Shown in pieces: positions 51,909 through 64,000 of a stretch of 64,000 nucleotides of DNA; position 1 is the stretch's first letter, and each line of letters begins with the position of its first letter. The notes under the pieces were generated by a model. It saw nothing but the letters and a program-made list of their open reading frames with translations. It was not told the DNA's origin and made no database searches. The stretch lies in NCBI GenBank assembly GCA_016748015.1, contig JAAOMT010000168.1, positions 43,991-107,990 on the forward strand, written 5' to 3'. This stretch comes from Geosiphon pyriformis uo1. Its lineage: Eukaryota > Fungi > Glomeromycota. The position numbers were made by a program, and so were the translations under genes.

Positions 51909-54900
51909 AAAAAAATCAAATAAACAAGAACATCTAATAATATATGTTAGCCAAAGTTTGAGTTTAACTAAAAAAAACTATAACATTCTAGTATTGAAAT
52001 ACTTAGCTATTTATTAGACTGTTATCAAATAAAAGAAATACTAAATTTAAAAGTTTAATGTATATACTGATTACAAAAAATTGACATCAATTTAAAAGCA
52101 AAAATTTGGAGATAAATATCATATAAAATAAAAAATAAAATTAATACTATTTAATTATACAATACACTATAAAAAAGGAAAAAAAAATAAAAATACTGAC
52201 AGTTTGTTATAAATAAAACAAATCTAAAAACATTTTAATCCAAAAATATAACAAAAAATAAATACTCAAAAATATTAACAACTTCAATATTATATAAATA
52301 CTTAATAATTTAAAGAAAAATTATCTCAAAAAAAACAAAACAACATAAAACAACAATCAAAATATTTTATTACTTATCAAAATATATTATATCAGAAAAA
52401 CAGAAAAGATACAAACCAGTTATTTAAAGTAATTATAGAACCAAAAAAAAAAACAATACTGTTTAACATACACTTAAATTTAACTATAAAACATTTTTAT
52501 AAAAAAGTAATTATAGAAAAAACCAGAAAAAAATACTATTAGTCATTAATATATCCAGATATCATTCAATATGTTCAAAATTGTAATGTTTTTCAAAGAA
52601 GAGAAAAAACAAAACACAGCAACTACTAAAACTAATCAAAGTAGAACAACTATTTGATCAGATTAGAATTGACTTAATAAGACTATTAATAATAACCAGC
52701 AAAGACAACTAATACATAGCAATAGCCATAAAGTATTTTATAAAATAGTCAAAAGCTAAAGCCATTCAAAGAGCAAATGCAAAATTTATAGCCGAATTTG
52801 TATACCAGAATTTGATTTGTCGATCTAAATATCCAAAAAAATTGTTATCAAACCAAAAAACTTATTTTGTAAACAAAACATTAACAGAATTAAGTCAAAA
52901 ATTTAGAATTAAAAAACTATTATTATTTTTATATTATCTACAAACAAATAATTTAATTAAAAAATTCAATAAAACATTATGTAAAGCAATAATCAAGATC
53001 AGTCAAAAAAACCAGAACAAATGAAATTTGTTTATACTATTAGTATTATTTGCTTATTGAACAATAAAACAAGATACTATATAAGCAATATCATTTGAAC
53101 TAATTTATAATAGAACAACAATATTACTAATTAAAATAAATATCAATACATATTCAACAAAACCAATAACAGAAGCCAATTTTTAAGAAAAATTGCTAAG
53201 AAAAACATATAACTTAATAGAAACTTTAAAAAACAACAGATAAAAAGCAGTTAATAACATACAAAAGTTACAAAAAAAACAACATAATAATCAGTAACTA
53301 AATAAACTGGTCGAATTCAAAATTAGAAACAAAGTACTTTTATATTATTCTAAAGTAAAAAAACAATAGAGTAGAAAGTTTGGTTCCAAATAAAATAATC
53401 TATTTTACATTGAAAAATTCTAGAAAATAGAACTTATAAATTAAGATAAAACAATAAAATTTTAACCAAAACAGCACATAATAATTAACTAAAATTAGAT
53501 TACAATATAGTATTATTATTTACTAGTAATATTCTATAATTAAAAGTACAGAGAATACTAATTAAATCAGATAAAATTTTACAAGATTTAGAACCAATTA
53601 TAATCATCTAAAAAACATGAAAAATAGATCAAGATAAAAATATATAAAGACACAATATATGTAATAAAAGCAATAGTAAAAGATAAAAATCTTAGATCAT
53701 ATTTATACAATAACACAAAAATTGTTTTAAGTCATAAATTAACAACAATTGAACATAAAAATTATTATAAATTATTAAACAATTTGTTATAAAAACACAA
53801 AAAAAAAATTACTTTATATTAGTAATTATAAAGCCAAACAAAGCATTAATTAGATAAAATTATAGAAAAAATAAAAAACACTTTTAGAAAAATACCAATA
53901 AAAGAACTAACTAAAAAAGACTAAAAGTTATAAATAAAACAACTTTTAATAGCATATTATTATTATAAATTAAAACAAAAGCTAAATATTCAGAAGTTAT
54001 ATACTAATAAATCCAAAAAAATGTTTAATTAAGAAATAGTACAACAGATTAAAGACTTTATTAAAAAAAAGACAAGTTTTATATTATATATTAAAACAAT
54101 TTATTAATTATATATCATATTTTAAAATTCTTCAAAAATACTATTATATTTAAAAATAAAAATAACCAACTTTCAATTCGAAAACATAAAAACCAGAATT
54201 GAACAAACAGTATTAGAAAAAGAAGTAATAGACTTAATTCAAAATAAAAATTTCAACAGATCTTAATATTGAAGAAAAAGATAATATTACTTATAAAAAA
54301 AGAGCACAAAAAAAAATAAAGAAAAGCAAATTATAAAATAGACCAATAGAAAAATAGTACTCAACAAATAAACATATTTTTAAAAATGTGTATATTCTCA
54401 AAAAATAAACACATTTTCAGAAAATCACAGCACATTTCCAAAAAATAGTACAAATAAAAAGTAAAAATGTATAAGATCTTATATAACACAAATTATGTAT
54501 ATATTGTAAGAGTATTAAAAGCAAAAAAGACAGAACAGTAGTTAATAACAAGTAATTATTTAATATTTCTCTTTTTAAAAGATAGTTTGCTATAATTTGA
54601 AGTAAAATTATATTTATATCTCAATAAAATACTCAATTATTATTTAATTTATGTTATTATTACTTAATTAAAAATTTTTATTCTTTTTATATTATTAACA
54701 ATCAATGTTAATAGAATATAATACTTAATCATACTAGAACAATAGTTTTTGATTATAGCTATTGACAAGATATTAATTTTTTATTTTTATTTTTTATTTT
54801 ATTTTATTTTTTATTTTTTTTTGTTGTTTACTAATTGATTAAGAAATTAAGTGCTAAGTAATTGACATTAAAGATAGTCTGGTAAAAAATTTATGAAACA

Positions 54901-55085
54901 AGAATAAAAAACTTAAGGATAGCTTATCAAAAAAATACAACTGTCAAATTAAACCAGCCACTATACTAAAAAAAAATTTATCAAAAAAACCATTAATTAA
55001 ATTTTTGTTCATTATATAAAAAATTCAACCAACTTTTTTAGATCACAAAACCTTCAGAAAGCACTATTATTAATAGTTATTGAGA
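51909..55085 (+). mobile_element. Gypsy family A copy G5, 3' part (RNase H end-integrase-extra ORF-PPT-LTR)
   Basis: Integrase relics (IRIDLIRLL, FTKW-like, QTNNLIKKFNKTLC); PPT GAAGAAAAAGA 54271-54281; LTR from 54285 aligns with 12330-13080. Confidence 0.82.
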
Positions 55086-55092
55086 ATAAAAT

Positions 55093-55295
55093 TCTGATGT
55101 TTGGTTCAGTTCAGTTTAAGTTTAATCAAATTACTAAACTAAACTGAACTAAACTAAACTCAAACAAAAAATTTGGCAAAATTTTAAACTCAAACTTGAA
55201 CCAAACTTAAAATTACCAAATCTGAACCAAACTCAAACACATGTAACAAGTTTGGTTTAAGTTTAGTTTGAAGTTTATGAACATGTTTAGATTCA
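55093..55295. mobile_element. hAT/MITE-like subterminal repeat region (CpG-decayed GTTCGGTTCG / CGAACCGAAC arrays)
   Basis: gtttggttcagttcagtttaag ... aaactgaactaaactaaactcaaac ... gaaccaaactcaaac in both orientations. No transposase seen. Confidence 0.55.
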
Positions 55296-55539
55296 ATTAT
55301 TAAAAATATTATATTATACTATATTATTATTTAATTTTTTTTAATGGTTCCCGTATCTATGATCAAAAACACTATGCTATTCTTATAGTTTTAGACACTA
55401 AGCAAGTTTTCATATTTGTAATTATATTTTTACCTACAGAAAAGACATGTTCAAAAACAACAGATAATCTTTGGACTGTTAAATAATTACAAACTATATA
55501 TATAAGACAAAAAAATTGTCCAAAAACCAACAAGTGTTT

Positions 55540-57146
55540 TTATTAAGCTAAACTAACTAACAATAGTAATATTATTTCTTTAATTTGCAAAGCCCAAATG
55601 GCTGGTTATTTTATTAATTTGATTCTGAACAAAAAATCTGGACATAACCAAAACTGTTTTTGTTTACATTAATAATATTAGCATTAAAACTAACATAAAA
55701 ATTCTTGAAGCAAAAGAGTAAACCATAATTGTTGACAATAAATGGCTTAAAAAAGCCAAAGTTTTACTTAATTATAAGCTGTGTGAATAAATCATTAAAT
55801 ATTATAAGAAGTTTATTGTGCTTAAATGTTATTATTAGACAATTTTCTAATATTTAAACAGAACCAAGAAGAAAAACAATCTGATAAATCAGATGATAAA
55901 GAGAGCAATAAAAAAGAAAAACCAAAAAAACAAGAAGAAACTGCTAAACTTGTTTACACTATCTTTACCAACAATAGCAAATCACTAGATAATATTAAAG
56001 CTAACAAAAAAAAATTATTGTAAATGACAAGCTGATTTGTTGGCTCTATTATAATATTCTTAAAAAAACCTTTGATAAAAAGCTTAACAAAAAAGCCAAA
56101 TACAGTTATTGGTAACATAGTTCTTATGCTTGATATTAGTGCAATAAACTATTGTATTCTCTCAGTGATAAATAAATGTTTTGTCTAATCTATTACAAAG
56201 ATTAGAAACCAATTATATTAATATCTTGAGAAAAAATAAAAAAAATACAGAAGTTCTTTAAAAATAAATTACCAAAGATATAATTAATAATAGTAATACA
56301 AAAAAAACTCTTTTCAGAAGAAAGAAAAATTGACATTGAAAATTTGCTGGCTAAAAATAATTCAATTATCTTAAAAAAAAAGATATTTTTGGATAGATTT
56401 ATGTAATACAATACACTATTACTATCAGAGAAACTTACTTCATCTATTTAAAGCCTTATTAATTTAATTTTTATAATAATAAACTCATCAAAAAAAAATA
56501 AACTGGATAAAAAATCTTAAATTTATACAAAAAAATAAGAACAAATAAGCATTTCTAATTGTAGTAATATTCAAAAAAAGTAAAACTTTATACTTTAGTA
56601 TTAACTACTAATTAAATATTATAACTAAAAAAACATATATTCACTTCTCAAAATTGATACAATATTAAATCAATTTAATAGTGCTGTTTTCTTTTCAATT
56701 ATTAATTTAACTACTGAATTTTGGCAAGTAAAGATAGATCCAAAAAGCAGAAAAAAAACTGTCTTTATTATTAAATATGATACCTATAAATTTACAGTTA
56801 TGTTTTTTGGTCTTATTAATACTTCTCTCATTTTTCAATGTCTAATAGACAAAGTATTTGAATCAGTAAAAAAAACTTTGTTCTGGTCTATTTAAACAAC
56901 ATAATAGTATACTCAAAAATTTTGAATAAATAACTTGAATATTTATTAAAGATTTTTGATTTCCTTAAAAATACTGGTCTTAAAATCAATTCAATCAAAT
57001 CTTTTTTAAATATTAATTTATTTAATTTCTTAGATATTTTATTACAAAAAATAGAATTTTCCTTGACTCAGCCAAGATTGAAAAGATTTAAAACATTAAA
57101 CAATTAATAAACATTTATAAACTACAATTTTTCTTTGGTTTAACAT
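55540..57146 (+). mobile_element. Gypsy family B internal fragment G6 (protease relic to RT), paralog of 47611-48640
   Basis: 56150-57146 aligns by eye with 47630-48635 (e.g. ACTACTGAATTTTGGCAAGTAAAGATAGATCC). Cut at 57147 by the G7 LTR. Confidence 0.8.
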
Positions 57147-57942
57147 TGTTACTCATAGAATATATGAATTATATATTAGTACATAAATTAGCCAATTAGA
57201 ATAAGACATAGTAAAAGTGAAATTTCAGGATTCCTTTTAGAGAAATTGCAGAATTTCAGAAATTCTAAGATTTTTAGTTAAAAAATTAAAGAATTTAAGA
57301 AATCTCATATAATAAAATTTATGTATATATAGTAGTAGTATTAAAAGCAGAAAGAACAGAATTCTTAGTTTAGAACTTCTAGTTTTATTTCATATTTATC
57401 TTTTTATATGCTAGCATTCTATGACTTGAAATAAAAACATTAAATATCAATAAAATGCTTGTTACTATTACAATCTATTTTTTTACTATCAACAATTTCA
57501 TGTTGATAATTACTAATACTTAACTACACTAGACCAATAGCTTTTGATTATGACCATTAATGAAATACTAACTCTTTCTTGCTTTGGCTTATTTTTTTAT
57601 TTTATTTTATTTTATTTTGTTATTATTTACTAATTAATTAAAAATTAACACACAGAGTTACTAACATCAAAAAGATTGGTAAAAGACTTATAAAACAAGA
57701 GTATAACACTTATTATTGAGCATAATTTACCAAAAAAATTGCCAGCCACCATACTGAGAAAAAAATTTGACAAAATTGCAATTCTAGAAAGCTATGGATA
57801 AACAATATTTGAATCTCTGTCTATTATACAACCAAAACCTTCAGACACCAAAACTTTCAGATATCACTTACTATTAAATTAATTAATCACCAAGTTATGG
57901 GTTTGTTATTTGTTTTCAGATCCCAAATAATTATCTGTAACA
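57147..57942 (+). repeat. 5' LTR of G7 (796 bp)
   Basis: Termini TGTTAC...GTAACA form a perfect 6-bp inverted pair; homologous to the G2, G3 and G5 LTRs. Confidence 0.92.
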
Positions 57943-57960
57943 TTTAGTGCTTTCTGTGAG
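57943..57960 (+). promoter_or_regulatory. Primer-binding site, consensus TT-TGGTGCTTTCTGTGAGG
   Basis: Lies directly after the LTR in G2 (13139), G3 (45508, 45560) and G7. TGG start is complementary to a tRNA CCA end. The tRNA identity (elongator Met or Thr) is unresolved. Confidence 0.7.
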
Positions 57961-60900
57961 ATATAATTCTACAGAGAATTAGCACCAACAACAACTATTC
58001 AAAAGTGATAGAATCAGAAAAAAGAAAAACAAATTATTTAGAATTTGCCAAATTCTTATTTTAATATTACTGTCAACATTTGGAATCAATGAACAACCAA
58101 CTATTAGCAGAATTAGTCTTCAATTTTTATATTAATAAAAAAATTAAATATTTTCTGAGAGAACCAATAAATACTATATCAGCAAGAAAAAATTTTTACA
58201 ACAAATTAATTCAATATACCAGCTTATTATTAAATCACAACTTCGTTTTAATCATTACTGAAATCAACAGAGAAATTGAAAATTACACTCAACAAACATT
58301 TTTTATTACTTATACAGAAAAAGACAAAAGAAAATTACAAACACCAGCAAGAATTTCAAAGCAAATACAATTATCTACTTGGAAGAAACAGAGAGTTGAT
58401 TTACCAGCTAATTCATTATATCATTATACACCTGAAAGTACCATCAATATAATATTAATAGGTGCATTTACAGCAAACACAATAACACTATTAAACAGAA
58501 TTTTGTTTTAAAGTAAACAGAAGAAAGCAGAGTTATTAGGAACTTAAAGCAATTATTTTGAGAAATTTAAATTATGATCCCAAATGCCATCAGAATTTTA
58601 ATCACTGTTATCTCAACCAAATTTTGGAATTGTTAGTCCTTAGAAGGTAATAGAATCAGAAGAAAAAAAAGACGAAAATCAAGAATTTAATTATTAAAAA
58701 CCAATTCCAGAAAACTCAGAAATACAAACTCCAATTATTCCAACTCAGCAAAATTAGAACAATTAAAACCCTGTTTTTAGTATTCTTCAAAACTTATCTC
58801 TAGTAATTATAATTAATCTATCATCAGTTGTCCCAATTACTAAACAACATTAACAGTCACAACAACTACTTTAACCACAATCACAATAACAACCAATAAT
58901 AGCACCAATAGCATATATACCAATTGCCAAATTAGAAAAGTTTACCAGTAAAGAGAATGATACTCAAGTCTGACTAAATAATATCACTAAAGCCATCATG
59001 ACTAATAATTAGGACAACACCAGAGCCCTTTAAGCAATCTTATATTTTTTACAAGATATTGCTGACTTATAATATCAAAGCCTGACACAAAAACTCCAAA
59101 ATTTCAATACTTTTAAAGTTGAATTTTCAAGGTATTTTAGTAATAATAATAGCATTAATTAATTGGTAAATATCTTAACCAGCATTAAACAAGAAGAAAC
59201 TGAAGCTGTTAATACATACTTATAACACTTTCATTGCAATCTGTGCCAAATTCAAGCCATTGATGCCAATTATTTTACAATGACACAAATCTTAAATCAG
59301 TTTATTTGTGGATTATACAGTATTCTACAATGTGTATGTTTATTACATTTAGCTGATCTTTAAGCTGCAGTTACCTACACCAGAGACTTTGAATCAGCTG
59401 AACTAGAAGCCAATCATGTCTAAGCTGTAAACTTAGTAATAAACAAATCATCTAACTTGGACTCAAATTGAAACAATTCAGTAACTCAATTAATTAAAAA
59501 TTGGAAGAATACATAGCTAATAATTAAGCCATTTATCAATCTTTACAATGGCATAATAATTAAAAAAACTTTAATTGATTCCAAAATCAGTCATGTCTAT
59601 CCTTATCAAATTAACAATAGCAGCAAAAAATGTGTATTTGCCACTACTGCTGTAAGTAAAAACACTTAAAAATAAACTGTCAATTAAGATTAAATAATCA
59701 ATAATCAAGAAATCAACATCAAAATCCCAATTACTGGTTTCAAACTCTGAATTATTCTCTAAATCAAGATCAATATCAACCTTATTATCCACAAATAACA
59801 TTACAACCAATATACACATCTTTAATCTATTAAATTCCAGTTTTAATAATTTATAATCTGCAGCCACAAGTAATCTATCAACTCCAATTCATCTCAACAC
59901 TACCACAAAACTTAGCTTAAATGTTATCTGAAAACCAAAGGCTAAGAATCACACATACAGCAAAACTGGATATTAGTAATAGTAATACACCAACTGATCT
60001 CCAGTTCATCAAGTCAGACATTAGAATTCTGCCAGCAGAGTTTGGATATTGGGTACAATCAAAACCCAAATTTCCAGAACTATTTAAGTCTCTTGGTTAT
60101 TTCAGATAATACTCAATTCAACAAACCAGAAACAAAAACAAACATTTACCAACAATATTTCACTTGTAACTATTACTAAAAATAAATTTCTTGCCACAAT
60201 ATTCCTAAAATAGATACTTCATTAAAAACACTATTATTCAGTAGAGCCACCTTAAATACCAAACCTATTATCACCATGTATACTAATACTAAAGTCAATA
60301 GTTAACCCATCAAACTGATTCTTAATAGTGGATCAACAGGCAGCATTATTACATAATAATTTATAAACCAATTAGGTTGCTGAGTTGATTGTACTACCAA
60401 CATCAGAATTATTACTGCTAATAGAATAACAAAAATGCCCATTGATAAGATCAATGACTTTCTTTTTAAAGTCAACAGCATTATCATATTCATAAAAGTT
60501 CTTGTTATAGAAACCACACAGTACTAAGCATTAGTTGGTAATGACTAACTGTTCAAAACCAATGCCATTCTTAACTGAATCACACAAGAATTTCAGCTTA
60601 GTCAAAATGGTCAGCAAATTCAGATATTTGCCATTTGCAGCCATTTTAAAACAAATGCCACTTAACTGCTACCACTAATCAAATTCGAAAAAAAAAAAAA
60701 AAAACCTACCTGGAAAGCCTACCAAATTTCATGAACTAAAGATGACCATAATGAGCTATCATTACTTTTAAACTGGAATGACAAAAGAAAAAGAAAAAAA
60801 GAAGACAAACCCAAAGAAACTACTGCCACAAAAAAAATAATCAGTGGATAAAAAAAATCATACTTAGTAGATACAAAAAAAAACCATTATATATTCTACT

Positions 60901-61803
60901 CAAATATAAAAACTGCAAAAAAAAACTGTTTTCCATAGAAGCATAGATTACACCTAACAAAAACTACTAAACATACACACACTACTACTATAAGTCATAT
61001 TACAGAAAATGCTATAGTTACCTCAAATAGCAAGACAAGTAAAACAATAAATTATGTTTCACTTGTGAAGAACAATTATTCAACAAAAAAATATGGAATA
61101 ACATTTCTGGTTGAGGAGAATGTGTGACATTTTATGTCAATACATGGTCTTTATAAGTGATTTGGTCAGCAGAAAAACATCTTTCAATGCTACATGAAAC
61201 TATGTTTTGTTATGCTTAAACTGTTATTCACATAATAAAAATAAGATCTAAAGTATAACAAGTGCCAAAGTCAAAGGTGTTTTGTCCAGCAAAATTTAAA
61301 AATTAAAAATAACTCACTAAAACCAGTAGAAATTTTTCTTATTTTCAATTTCAACACTTTTTTTAATATTGAAGCCAGTTCAGAAAAATTCTATAAACAT
61401 TACCAGAATTTAGTATTAACCAGACAAAAACAAGAGCAGTATTTAAAACAACTAAACACCCAACTATGTAACTACTGTTTAATACCATGTGACTTTTAGT
61501 ATTGTAATAATTGTGACATTATTTACAATCCATCACCATGTATAATCTATTCAATTTCAGAAAAGAAAGAACCAATTAGTAAATACACAAAAAAATCGGA
61601 ATTGAAATTCAATCTTAATTCAGACTCTAATGATAACAACAATAATAGTTCTAACTCTGTTCACTATAACAGTAACAACAGTAATTTAAACTCCAATTAT
61701 AACTTCAAACAATATATTGCACTCCCAAATCTGTTGATAAAACAGGCAATTAAAGCAGCCAACTTTTTTTTAGACTGCAATTGCTTTAATGATTTTAAAT
61801 CAT

Positions 61804-63548
61804 TGTTATCAATAGAATTTTAGCTATTAACTAGCATAAAATTACTCTTATAATTCCTATTATTAATTAGCATATATTAATACTATTTCAAATTATTACT
61901 TATTAATTAATTAAATTATCAAATAGCACTATTTAATTATTAACCTAATTTGTATTATAGAAATTAAGATGATTAAATTACACAATACTCTGAACTACTT
62001 AACATTTAAAAATTCATTGAAATTTGTAAAAATTTGTTAAAATCATAAATAATTAACCAAAATAGTTAATAGTTTAACAAAATAACTTGTAGTTTGCCAA
62101 AATATATCTTTAGTTTATTGAAATCATAGTAAAGAAGAAAATTCAAGTTTATAAACAAGTACTATAACAAGTTGTATAAAAAAAAAGCTTTTTTTTTCAA
62201 AAAATGTATCTTATTTTCTATTAAATATTTTAATTAGAATCAATAATTCTTTATATATTTTTACAAATTAAAAATAAAAATCAAATATTCAAAAATCCAA
62301 ATCTTTAATTATTATATTTAGAACTGCTAAAACCCAATTAACAATTTGAAATTGATTAGCTACCAATTTCAATAAATTTGTTAATAACTCTAGATCTGAA
62401 TACAAAACGTTTTTTTTGACAAAATTCTATTTTTTTTACATTTTTTATTATAATTATTAGAATAGTCTACAAATGAGATTTCTGTAAAAGAGTTAACTTT
62501 CACAGCAAAGTAATTATACAGTTTTGGTAAGTTTCCAGATAAGTAATTTTTGGGAAAGAGTTGATGTTTATTACAACATAACTATACAAAGTAATTGGCA
62601 TGAAATTGGCCATTTCACTTTTACTAAAGGTTTTTGGTCTCATTTCTTGAAGGTTATTAATGCCTAATTGCTGTAATTTCACGTTTTTTTGAAGTACTTG
62701 AACCTTCAATAACTGAATTTATCTTTTTAAATTATCTTTTATAATTTGAACTGCTGGACTTATAAGTAGAATGGCCAATTTTATGTTAGTTACTTTATGT
62801 AGTTACATTGTTATAAATATCAACTCTTTTCCAGAAATTGCTCATCTAGAAGTTCACTAAATGTGTAGTTACTTTGCTGTAAAAATCAACTTTTTTACAG
62901 AAATCTTGTCTGTAGACAACTCTAATGATTATGATAAAAAAAATTAAAAAATTAAAAAAAATTAAAAAAAATTAAAATTTTGTCAAGGGAAATGTTTTCT
63001 ATCTAGGCCTGAAGTTATTAACAAATTTATTAAAATTGGTAAATAACAATTTCAAGTATAATAATTTAAAAATTTAAGATTTTTGAATATTTGATTTTTA
63101 TTTAATTTTGTAAAAGTATTTAAGAAATAATTGATTCTAATTAAAATATTTACGATAAAATAAATACATTTTCTTGAAAAAAGAAGCTCTTTTTTATACA
63201 ACTTGTTATAGTACTAGTCTTTGAACTTGCATTTTTTTTTTTACTATAATTTCAGCAAACTAAAGATACATTTCAGTGAATTACAAATTATTTCTACAAA
63301 TTATTGATTATTTCAGCCAATTTCTATCTATTTCGGCGAATTTTTGAATATTAAATAGTTTAAGATATTGTGTAATTTGATCATCTTAATTTTTATAGTA
63401 CAAATCGAATTGTTAATTGAATAATAATATTTAATAATTTGATTAACTAATAAGTGTTAATTGAAATAATAATAATATATACTAATTAATGCTAAGAATT
63501 AAAAGAGTAATTCCATGTTAATTAATAGTTAAAATTCTACTGGTAACA
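61804..63548. mobile_element. Non-coding foldback element with ~800-bp inverted arms
   Basis: 61804-~62623 is the reverse complement of ~62761-63548 (e.g. TGTTATCAATAGAATTTT vs AAAATTCTACTGGTAACA; GAAATTGGCCATT vs AATGGCCAATTT). Spacer ~137 bp. Confidence 0.9.
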
Positions 63549-64000
63549 TAATTTTCTCTTCAAGATTGAGTTCTATCAAAATCTAAGCACTATCTGTAAT
63601 ATTGAGATAGTGGTCCAAAATAATCGTGGTAATTTGGTCTGAAAATTGTTGAAATTTCAGTTCTGTAAGTTTGCCAATGTATTGTATTTTTATTAGTTAG
63701 AGTATTAAATTTTATAAGATGTTTTCACAAGTATTAAATAAGTTATAAAGTCTAAGTGCTGCTCTGAGTTTATAGTAAATGTTTGTTGGTTCAGCTGCTG
63801 TCTTGAATCATTGTAAATTTGTTTTTGTATTGCTTCAGAAGTGAGATTTGTTGTTGTAAGTTTTAATTTTCATTAATAAAGTGTTCTTTCAATATAAAAA
63901 TAATTATATATAAGAGTATAGTTATTGTTCTGTTTATTAAAAATTAATAAAAGTTTTTGTTGGATTGTGTCATTTGGTAAAATGTCAATAGGAATAATAA

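Larger units (their letters stand above)
57147..61732 (+). mobile_element. Gypsy family A copy G7, 5' half (LTR-PBS-gag-CCHC-protease-Cys-rich region), ending just before dUTPase
   Basis: Gag ORF fragments from 58080; knuckle CHYCCK.KHLKINC ~59640; protease LILNSGSTGSII ~60315; ends at QYIALPNL. Confidence 0.88.

Noticed and set aside
61733-61803. Continuation of the BTB gene after G7 (LLIKQAIKAANFF)
   Set aside because: Only a vague resemblance over a few residues; cannot be supported.
61804-63548. DIRS-type element with inverted LTRs
   Set aside because: No RT, tyrosine recombinase or internal complementary region is visible; only a ~137-bp spacer.
63549-64000. Decayed minus-strand coding-like sequence
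   Set aside because: Probably another TE fragment, but no diagnostic motif was recognised.

Overview
AT-rich eukaryotic DNA. The BTB relic, GT-AG intron and TE protein families point to an early-diverging fungus of the Glomeromycotina (Geosiphon/arbuscular-mycorrhizal type); this is inference, not a database result. No intact host gene is visible. A frameshifted BTB/POZ pseudogene (~2195-2550) is followed by ~61 kb of nested, degenerate transposons. (i) APE-RT-RNase H LINEs: two near-complete younger copies (21661-28504 -, 30695-37560 +), one 3'-truncated copy (39720-44831 +), two 5'-truncated tails, and two extremely AT-decayed older copies lying tail-to-tail. (ii) A 2.3-kb ORF1-only retroelement (7277-9590) that carries the LINE 3' tail and poly(A) but has no ORF2, i.e. 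a HAL1-like 'half-LINE'; this is the top finding. (iii) Two Ty3/Gypsy families. Family A has TGTTAC..GTAACA LTRs, a dUTPase between protease and RT, and an extra ORF after integrase; two copies are independently deleted non-autonomous derivatives. (iv) A 1.75-kb foldback element with ~800-bp inverted arms, and a hAT-like end fragment. The repeats show heavy C>T/G>A erosion, including outside CpG, while the unique flank keeps its CpGs, suggesting a RIP-like or methylation-driven repeat mutagenesis. All alignments were made by eye; boundaries of decayed elements are approximate to tens of bp.
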